A program made the translations under genes and the position numbers. Under the pieces are notes generated by a model. That model made no database searches, was not told the origin of the DNA, and saw nothing but the letters and a program-made list of their open reading frames with translations. A stretch of 32,000 nucleotides of DNA from Urinicoccus massiliensis (lineage in GTDB: Bacteria > Bacillota > Clostridia > Tissierellales > Peptoniphilaceae). Of this stretch, positions 1 to 6,553 are shown piece by piece (the stretch's first letter is position 1; every line of letters begins with the position of its first letter). The stretch lies in contig NZ_LT635493.1 in the NCBI RefSeq assembly GCF_900120405.1, positions 929,452 through 961,451 of the forward strand, given 5' to 3'.

Positions 1-28
1 AATTTCATTCAACTCCGATAGAACTAAA

Positions 29-1084
29 ATGACGGAATCTGTTAATAGCATTTTATTCCAAGAGTTTTTAAACTATTTTTCGTCTAATATGCAAATATTT
101 TTAAGAAATATTCTCGATAAAGAGTTGGAAAAGAAGCCGAAAATATACAATAGAACTTGTTTCATTAATCAAACTCCTGATCTAAAGAATGATAATTACA
201 AAATAAAATATATAACTCATAATGAAGAAAAGAAGGATAAAGTTACAACTGATTCTACAGGAACATGGGAAATTGTATACAGCAACAATGATAAAGTAAT
301 ATTAGATGTCCTTGAACGACCAGATCCAATAATAAAGCAAAAAATTTCTGAATTTTTGGTTGGAAATGAATATAGATTTGATGATTTGTTTATATTTGAA
401 GACTGTGAGAGCACAAGAAAAATAAAACCATTAGAATTTACAGTTACTCCAGAAGATTGTAGGAGCATGAATAGCAAGCTAAAAACAATAACTTTTAATA
501 GACCGTGCTCAAATATTTTTTTTGAAATATCGATTGAAGATAAAATAAGTAGCAAAAAAATAAATGGAAAGTACAAGGGAGTTAGCCAGTTTCCGATTTC
601 TAATAGGACTAGTAAAGTAGGCATTGAAGATGTTATGGTACATCCATTAATGCAAATTGATCAGAATGTTAAAGAAGATATTTATATCTTTAAGAACCAG
701 TTGAATGATATATATAAAGATCGCAAAAAATATGAGTATATTTTGATTTCATCTTTAAGAACATTTGTTGAGCTTGTTGTTAATGATATTGTAGAAAAAT
801 TAGGAGAAAAACAAGACAAATATCTTGAAAAAAATTTTAAAATAATTAGTGCTAGTAAAAATATTAAAGATAGGTTTATAAATAAAATTCAAAATGAGAG
901 AGAAAAAGCTGGAGTATTAGAGATATATAATCAAGCATTTAGTCAAGGTAGATACGATGGAACTATATCATATTTAAACTTAACTACTCATGGAGCAGGA
1001 AGAATAATATCATTAAAACAGATAGAAATAGATTTTCCTATAATAAACCTACTTTATACTTATCTTTGTTTTTTAAATTTATGA
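29..1084 (+). CDS. hypothetical protein, no family recognised; possibly 5'-truncated by the window edge
   Basis: 351-codon ORF in AT-rich DNA. Codons at 2-28 upstream of ATG-29 contain no stop, and there is no AGGAGG-type RBS before ATG-29, so the gene may begin left of the window. The C-terminal ~110 aa look helical (SSLRTFVELVVNDIVEKL ... LNLTTHGAGR), weakly reminiscent of DUF4145/HEPN-like modules. The N-terminal part matches nothing I know. Confidence 0.6.
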   Translation: MTESVNSILFQEFLNYFSSNMQIFLRNILDKELEKKPKIYNRTCFINQTPDLKNDNYKIKYITHNEEKKDKVTTDSTGTWEIVYSNNDKVILDVLERPDPIIKQKISEFLVGNEYRFDDLFIFEDCESTRKIKPLEFTVTPEDCRSMNSKLKTITFNRPCSNIFFEISIEDKISSKKINGKYKGVSQFPISNRTSKVGIEDVMVHPLMQIDQNVKEDIYIFKNQLNDIYKDRKKYEYILISSLRTFVELVVNDIVEKLGEKQDKYLEKNFKIISASKNIKDRFINKIQNEREKAGVLEIYNQAFSQGRYDGTISYLNLTTHGAGRIISLKQIEIDFPIINLLYTYLCFLNL

Positions 1085-1148
1085 AAATACAATTATAAAA
1101 ATACTAATTTTATAAATTTATAATGGCATAAAGTTATTATTCGACACT

Positions 1149-1455
1149 GGTACTGGTACTGGGACGGGGCTAAAAATTTGAAAACGTCCTATAATTAGAT
1201 GGATTTAGTGGTATTAGAAAAAATAAAATGCAGTATTTTGAATGTATTGGGATAAATCGGACGTTTGGAAAAGAAGAATGGGAATAATCGCAAAAAAATT
1301 AAAAGCTTTGTAAAATCAACGGTTACAGAAGATAAAAAACTGTAACTGGGATTAAAATGGGAACATTTGTTAAAAAGAATAAACTGAATGATTCTTCCAA
1401 GTGGTTTGCATGAGGACAAAAAATTAGACCGTAGTTTCAAGCTGCGGTCTTTTTG
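1149..1455 (+). repeat. Island repeat copy A: ~150-bp conserved core (1149-1297), variable middle, conserved terminator module (1372-1455)
   Basis: Aligns by eye with 4760-5066 (both modules) and with 13463-13603 (core only). Shared strings include GGGACGGG-CTAAAAATTTGAAAACGTCCTATAATTAGAT, GCAGTATTTTGAATG and CGGACGTTTGGAAAAGAAGAATGGGAA...GCAAAA. Confidence 0.85.
1426..1455. terminator. Rho-independent, apparently bidirectional terminator (3' part of repeat copy A)
   Basis: 9-bp stem AGACCGTAG/CTGCGGTCT (one G-T pair) with loop TTTCAAG, followed by TTTTT. An A-run (ACAAAAAATT) precedes it, so it also works on the minus strand. Confidence 0.7.
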
Positions 1456-1493
1456 AGTGTCTATATTTTACATAATATAGTAAACAAATAATA

Positions 1494-1528
1494 CGACAAT
1501 AAATTGTCGGTTTGAGTGTCGGTTTGGA
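1494..1528. promoter_or_regulatory. Cluster of short inverted and tandem repeats (candidate protein-binding sites)
   Basis: Perfect inverted repeat CGACAAT-aa-ATTGTCG (1494-1509) overlaps tandem 12-mers TGTCGGTTTGAG/TGTCGGTTTGGA (1505-1528). The 9-mer TTGAGTGTC occurs at 1453-1461 and 1512-1520. A second inverted repeat, CTATATT-n6-AATATAG, lies at 1461-1480. Confidence 0.35.
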
Positions 1529-1650
1529 CAAAATTGGAAAGGAAGTGATAGAACTCTTGATAGAGAATTCAATTGTAAAGTAAAATAAAGGAAAATAACG
1601 CATAATAAAAGTAGAGAAATTATACATATGGGTAAAGTGGCTTATAGCAT

Positions 1651-1679
1651 TTGACAATTAGTGATTTGAGATATATGAT
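1651..1679 (+). promoter_or_regulatory. Near-consensus sigma-A type promoter
   Basis: TTGACA (1651-1656), 17-nt spacer, TATGAT (1674-1679). Confidence 0.55.
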
Positions 1680-1694
1680 TTAATCATAAGATTA

Positions 1695-1729
1695 GGTCAG
1701 GAAGCATACGGTGCTCTGACCATTTTTTA
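1695..1729 (+). terminator. Intrinsic terminator about 10 nt downstream of the predicted start of the 1651 promoter
   Basis: GGTCAG(ga)AGCA-tacgg-TGCTCTGACC stem-loop (1695-1721) followed by ATTTTTTAT. Confidence 0.55.
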
Positions 1730-1738
1730 TGTTATAAT
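1730..1738 (+). promoter_or_regulatory. Extended -10 promoter element for the KilA-N gene
   Basis: TGtTATAAT (TG 1730-1731, TATAAT 1733-1738), about 40 nt upstream of the TTG start and its AAGGAGGGG RBS. Confidence 0.45.
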
Positions 1739-1778
1739 ACAAGTAATAAAGATTAAGTCAGAATAAGGAGGGGGTATA

Positions 1779-2624
1779 TTGTCAAAAATTAAAAAAGATC
1801 AAATTTCAGCTAAAGGCTTTGATATTGAGGTTTACACAGAAGATTTTAAAAATGACTATATAAGTCTTACTGATATAGCAAAATATAAAAACAAGGAAGA
1901 ACCTAATGTAGTTGTTTCAAATTGGATGCGAAACTATAATACAATAGAATATCTTGGCATTTGGGAGCAGTTAAATAATCCAGATTTTAACCCCCTCGAA
2001 TTCGAGGGGTATTTAAAAGAGGCGGGTAGTAACGCTTTTACATTATCACCTCAAAAATGGCAGAAAACCACTAATGCAGTAGGACTATTTGTAAAGTTGG
2101 GTAGATATGGTGGCACATATGCTCATAAAGATATAGCTTTTAAATTTGCTTCATGGATATCTGCAGAATTTGAACTTTATATAATTAAAGATTATCAAAG
2201 ACTTAAAGAAGATGAAAACTCAAAATTATCATTAACTTGGAACCTGCATAGAGAAATATCTAAAATCAATTATAAAATTCATACAGATGCCATTAAAGAG
2301 TATTTATTAAAAGACCTTACAGATGAGCAGTTATCATTTAAATATGCAAGTGAAGCAGATATGCTTAATGTGGCACTCTTTGATAAAAGAGCAAAACAGT
2401 GGCGTGAAGAAAATCCTGACCTAAAAGGAAATATGAGAGACTATGCAAGTCTTAATGAACTACTAGTACTTGCTAATATGGAATCCTACAATGCAATTTT
2501 AATTGAAAAAGGATTAGAGCAAAAAGAAAGAATGATTGAACTTAGAAAACTTGCTAGAAGACAATTGGTGTCAATTGAAAAGCTTAATAATAGTGGTATC
2601 AGGAGATTAGAAAGAAACAAGTAG
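1779..2624 (+). CDS. KilA-N domain-containing DNA-binding protein
   Basis: TTG start 7 nt after AAGGAGGGG. The N-terminus (ISAKGFDIEVY...DYISLTDIAKYKN...VVSNWMRNYNTIEYLGIWEQLNNPDFNPLEFEG) matches my memory of the ~270-aa KilA-N domain-containing proteins of Firmicutes/Bacteroidetes. Confidence 0.75.
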   Translation: MSKIKKDQISAKGFDIEVYTEDFKNDYISLTDIAKYKNKEEPNVVVSNWMRNYNTIEYLGIWEQLNNPDFNPLEFEGYLKEAGSNAFTLSPQKWQKTTNAVGLFVKLGRYGGTYAHKDIAFKFASWISAEFELYIIKDYQRLKEDENSKLSLTWNLHREISKINYKIHTDAIKEYLLKDLTDEQLSFKYASEADMLNVALFDKRAKQWREENPDLKGNMRDYASLNELLVLANMESYNAILIEKGLEQKERMIELRKLARRQLVSIEKLNNSGIRRLERNK

Positions 2625-2880
2625 TTTTAACTGAATATAGAAAAATATTGTAAAACGGTGGTTTACCTTATTGAATGTGTAATTCTTAAAATGAGAGCAA
2701 AACCACTAGGAAATGAGGATTTCTATATAATGAAAATTCTACAAATAATACCTCGGATTTTTCTTGAGGATCTAGCGGTATAATTATTAAAAGGGAAGAT
2801 AGTGGCGATGAATACTTGGTTTCAAGCCTTCTACAAAGGAAATAAAAATATAGAGTTTAAAAATATAAGGAGGAAAGTAT

Positions 2881-4749
2881 ATGATAAAATATCTTACTTT
2901 ACTTAAAGTTCTAGAAGCGTTGAGAAAAGAAGCTCCAGAAGATTATAGAATTTATCATCCAAATAAGGATGATCTAGATAAAGTAAATCGTGCAAATTCT
3001 AGAGCTTATATTCATTTGCTTTTAAAAGCTAAATTTAATTTGTTGGATTTTGAGAAACGAGAAAAATTTGTTACAGATGATTCTCAAGATGGAGGAATTG
3101 ACGCCTACTATATTGATCATGAAAATAAAAAAATATATTTTATTCAATCAAAGTTTAGAACGAATAATGATAACTTCATGAATAAATCTATCGAATTAGA
3201 AGAAATAAATAAAATGGATATAGATAGGATAAGTAGAGGTGAAAGAATAGATAAAAATGGAATAAAATACAACGACAAAATCCAAAGATTAATACAAAAT
3301 CTTTCAGAAATTGAGCAAATAAGTAGGTACGATTTTAATGTTATTATACTTGCAAACGTAAGTAGTGTACTTGCGGATGCAATGGGTAAGTTATTAAATT
3401 TTCCATTTGAAGTTTACAACTATGAAAGAGCATATGAAGAATTGGTTTTTCCTATAGTTAGGGGAACTGTTCATCAAGCAACAAATATTTCTGTTAATTT
3501 AAATTTAGGTTCGAAAAATAATTATACAATGGATTATTGGGTTGAAGACGAAGAATTTACTACATCTGTACAATTGTTTTTTGTTCCGATATTAGAAATT
3601 GCAAAATTAATGAGTTCATTTAAGAACTCTATATTGAAGTTTAATCCAAGAAGCTATTTAGGAGCGTCAGACAATGAAGTAAACTCTTCAATAAAAGATT
3701 CTGTAATCAATCGTTCAGGTAATGTATTTGCATTGTTTAACAATGGAATTACATTGCTATCTGATAAAACATCATATACCTCAAGGACTGGCAGAGAAGG
3801 TATAGGTGAATTATCATTGTTAAATCCACAAATAATTAATGGAGGACAAACAGCTTACACTTTATCAACTATTTTAGAAGATGATGACATAGATAATAAA
3901 GTATTTGATAATAAAGAAGTACTACTAAAGGTAATTACTTTTGATCAAGGGATGAAAGATGAAGTAAGCAAACAAAGATTAATTGATGAGCTTTCATTAA
4001 CAACAAATAATCAAAGTAAAGTAACAGTTGCAGATAGAAAATCAAATTCAAATGTACAAATTGATTTTCAAAAGTATATATACAATAACTACGGATACTT
4101 TTATCATAGAAAAACAGGTGAATTTACTGAAGGTATCGAAAAAGGCTATATTTCTAAAGATCAAATTATTAGTAGAAATACAATTATTAGAATTATCTAT
4201 GCTATGAATGGTAGAGTAAATGCTGCCAGGCGAAATGGTGAAGATGCTTTATATAATATGAATGATTATGAGAAATTTTTTAATATAGATATAGGGCCTG
4301 AAGGATATGATCGTATATATTTCTTATACATTGCATTTAAATATTTAGAAAAAAAAGAAAAAAAAGAAAAAAAAGAAAATAGTAAATCCGATTATGGTGA
4401 AGGGTTAAGATATGGGAAATATGCAATAATAAATGTTATTTCTAAATTTTTAACAGATGAATATTTTGATAAGACTGAAGATTCATTAAATTTGATCGTA
4501 GATGAAATTTTAGATCAATGGAAAGAATTTGAACGTATTCAATCAAATAAAAAATCTAATATTGATTATTTCTATGAAAAAGAAGAAATTCTCAAGCAGG
4601 AGAATAAAAATGGTAAAGAAAAAATGGAAAATCTAGTTATTACTACACGAGTTGAAGATTTTGATAATTATTATAAAGGCTCAACAATTAATAATGATTT
4701 AAATGATTACGAATTTAAAATAACTAAGATCGAAGAAACACAATCATGA
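2881..4749 (+). CDS. AIPR-family abortive-infection (phage resistance) protein with an N-terminal PD-(D/E)xK-like motif
   Basis: ATG 6 nt after AAGGAGGA. DGGIDAYYIDHENKKIYFIQSKFR resembles a D...(E/Q)xK nuclease core. The central FNNGITLLS...LLNPQIINGGQTAYT matches the conserved NGITI/NGxQT signature I associate with Pfam AIPR (PF10592). Confidence 0.75.
   Translation: MIKYLTLLKVLEALRKEAPEDYRIYHPNKDDLDKVNRANSRAYIHLLLKAKFNLLDFEKREKFVTDDSQDGGIDAYYIDHENKKIYFIQSKFRTNNDNFMNKSIELEEINKMDIDRISRGERIDKNGIKYNDKIQRLIQNLSEIEQISRYDFNVIILANVSSVLADAMGKLLNFPFEVYNYERAYEELVFPIVRGTVHQATNISVNLNLGSKNNYTMDYWVEDEEFTTSVQLFFVPILEIAKLMSSFKNSILKFNPRSYLGASDNEVNSSIKDSVINRSGNVFALFNNGITLLSDKTSYTSRTGREGIGELSLLNPQIINGGQTAYTLSTILEDDDIDNKVFDNKEVLLKVITFDQGMKDEVSKQRLIDELSLTTNNQSKVTVADRKSNSNVQIDFQKYIYNNYGYFYHRKTGEFTEGIEKGYISKDQIISRNTIIRIIYAMNGRVNAARRNGEDALYNMNDYEKFFNIDIGPEGYDRIYFLYIAFKYLEKKEKKEKKENSKSDYGEGLRYGKYAIINVISKFLTDEYFDKTEDSLNLIVDEILDQWKEFERIQSNKKSNIDYFYEKEEILKQENKNGKEKMENLVITTRVEDFDNYYKGSTINNDLNDYEFKITKIEETQS
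4348..4374 (+). repeat. (GAAAAAAAA)x3 in-frame simple repeat inside the AIPR gene
   Basis: Three consecutive 9-bp units, each containing an A8 tract, encode EKKEKKEKK. Confidence 0.9.
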
Positions 4750-4759
4750 CTAATCTTCC

Positions 4760-5066
4760 GGTACTGGGACTGGGACGGGACTAAAAATTTGAAAACGTCC
4801 TATAATTAGATAGATTTAGTGATATTAGAAAAAATAGAATGCAGTATTTTGAATGATTTGGGATGTATCGGACGTTTGGAAAAGAAGAATGGGAATAGTC
4901 GCAAAATTTTCTAAAACGGCTTAATTACAAGCTATAAAGAGAATAAAAAATGGCTACTGGTAGTCAAATGGTACTGGAAGTAAAAAAGAATAAACTAAAT
5001 AATTCTTCCAAGTGGTTTACATTTGGACAAAAAATCAGACCGTAGTTTCAAGCTGCGGTCTTTTTG
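4760..5066 (+). repeat. Island repeat copy B (core 4760-4906, variable middle, terminator module 4982-5066)
   Basis: Starts 11 nt after the AIPR stop codon. Aligns with copy A over both conserved modules and with copy C over the core. Confidence 0.85.
5037..5066. terminator. Bidirectional terminator between the convergent AIPR (+) and Toprim (-) genes
   Basis: Same AGACCGTAG/CTGCGGTCT hairpin as in copy A, flanked by an A-run upstream and TTTTT downstream. Confidence 0.75.
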
Positions 5067-5086
5067 CTATAATTATGAAAATTAAT

Positions 5087-6271
5087 TTATTTAAATGTAC
5101 AACTTTCTAATATATAATCAACAAGATATTTTAATTTAGTAAAATCATATTCTTTTTTATAGAATTGATGAAATGATTTGATTAGTAAATTTTTTGGCTC
5201 AATATTTCCTTGATATTGTATTAATTTATCATTAAAGCCAGTCCATCTAACATAAATTTCATCGTCTATTGAACTGTGATCTAAAAAACATTCTATAGAA
5301 ACGGCTTTCCCATTTATATTTTCTAAAGAATCTCCCTGGGGACCCTTGCATTTAAAATTATCAAAATCTTTATAATTAGGCAGAGTTATAACATTTAGAT
5401 TATTTGGCAAATCGATTGTTTTAATATCATTATAAACAGATATACCAGCTGTATCATTATCTAAAATAACTAAAATTTTATTTAAAATATTTATTTTGGA
5501 TAATCCTTTAACAAAATTTTTTAAATTACCCGTTCCTGTAAAAGGATAGTTTTGCTCCATATCTATAAAATCAAAGAAATCTGCAATATCACTATAAAGT
5601 CGATTAATAGATTTTTTAATAATATCCGTGTCTGAACTACCTTCTGTTACAATAAGTATTTTTTCTTGTGTAGTTAATTTTGGGATTATATCTTCTTCTA
5701 AACTCCATCCGTTTTCAACAACATCTGCAAATCTCCAAATTACATCTAGGTTATGATTGTTTTCATTTTCACTCAGAATTCTTAATGTAATATATGGATC
5801 TAAATTTTCAAGAAAGTATCCAATAGTGTAAGCGTCATAATATGGAAAATTAGATAAATCCTTAATCTCATGTATAACACATTTCCTGACATACTCACCT
5901 AGATCATAGTCAAAATCATATTCTTCAGATGCCATATTTATATTCTGAATATCAACGTTTATCACTGTATTGTAAAAATCATGAAAACTTATCGGAGTAG
6001 AGGAACTGCATAGTTGTTTGAACATTGCCAATTCTTCGTTAAATAACTCTTCAATCTCATACAAACTATATCCTAACAAATCTAATCTTCTCCTTACAGA
6101 CATGATATTTTTTGAAAAACCTTCTTTGTATTCGATTTTGTTGTCAGAATAGTAATAAGGTACTATTTTTATGTCTTCTTTCTGGAATAAGCAAGAATGA
6201 TTATTAAACATATTATTTTTACCCCAATCAAGCTCCATTTTTCCTATTCCTAATGTAATCATAGAACCCAT
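5087..6271 (-). CDS. Stand-alone Toprim-domain protein with an uncharacterised N-terminal domain (probably the 'HEPN/Toprim-associated' family)
   Basis: Toprim signature in the C-terminal half: KILIVTEGSSDTDII (conserved Glu) and ILVILDNDTAGISV (DxD). I place the start at the ATG at 6271 (MGSMITLGIGKMELDWGKNN), 6 nt after AAGAGGTG. The GTG at 6280 given by the ORF track lies inside that RBS. Confidence 0.7.
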   Translation of the reverse strand: MGSMITLGIGKMELDWGKNNMFNNHSCLFQKEDIKIVPYYYSDNKIEYKEGFSKNIMSVRRRLDLLGYSLYEIEELFNEELAMFKQLCSSSTPISFHDFYNTVINVDIQNINMASEEYDFDYDLGEYVRKCVIHEIKDLSNFPYYDAYTIGYFLENLDPYITLRILSENENNHNLDVIWRFADVVENGWSLEEDIIPKLTTQEKILIVTEGSSDTDIIKKSINRLYSDIADFFDFIDMEQNYPFTGTGNLKNFVKGLSKINILNKILVILDNDTAGISVYNDIKTIDLPNNLNVITLPNYKDFDNFKCKGPQGDSLENINGKAVSIECFLDHSSIDDEIYVRWTGFNDKLIQYQGNIEPKNLLIKSFHQFYKKEYDFTKLKYLVDYILESCTFK

Positions 6272-6286
6272 AAAAAGCACCTCTTA

Positions 6287-6520
6287 TTATAAAAATTTTG
6301 ATTTTTTAGGATAAGATAACTTCCAATCTTCAAATTCCTCGTTTGTTATCTCATCGTTGTAATGCTTTTTCTCATCTCATTCCATTCTATAAGAAAATTA
6401 TTGAAGTCTACATCATTTGATAAAAGTCCAGTGATCTCTCCACCGCCTGCTAATGGTCTAAACTTCATATCTTCATCATAATCAAAAATTATATGCGTTA
6501 TTTCTTTTGTTCAAGTACCG
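6287..6520 (-). pseudogene. Frameshifted remnant of a small (~75-aa) gene between hsdR and the Toprim gene
   Basis: Minus-strand frame a reads ...IFDYDEDMKFRPLAGGGEITGLLSNDVDFNNFLIEWNEMRK, then stops. Frame b continues KHYNDEITNEEFEDWKLSYPKKSKFL* and ends 1 nt before the Toprim RBS. The two frames join at an A5 run (T5 on + at 6366-6370). There is no good start codon. Confidence 0.35.
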
Positions 6521-6553
6521 AAATGGTATGTGAGATCAGTTATACTCTTCCAG

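Noticed and set aside
1113-1181. A frame across the start of the repeat core reads ...GTGTGTGLKI* in copies A and B (GTGTGLKI* in C). This looked like the conserved C-terminus of a disrupted gene.
   Set aside because: In copy A, the only copy I traced upstream, the frame is closed by a stop within about 12 codons and has no start codon. Only 8-10 residues are shared, and the Gly-Thr repeat simply reflects the GGTACTGG DNA repeat. I kept it as a DNA-level feature of the repeat only.
1195-1657. Minus-strand ORFs 1195-1440 (81 aa) and 1424-1657 (77 aa) inside and next to repeat copy A.
   Set aside because: The homologous copy B has no equivalent open frame of 60 aa or more, so the frame is not conserved between copies. 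The translations are hydrophobic low-complexity with no RBS.
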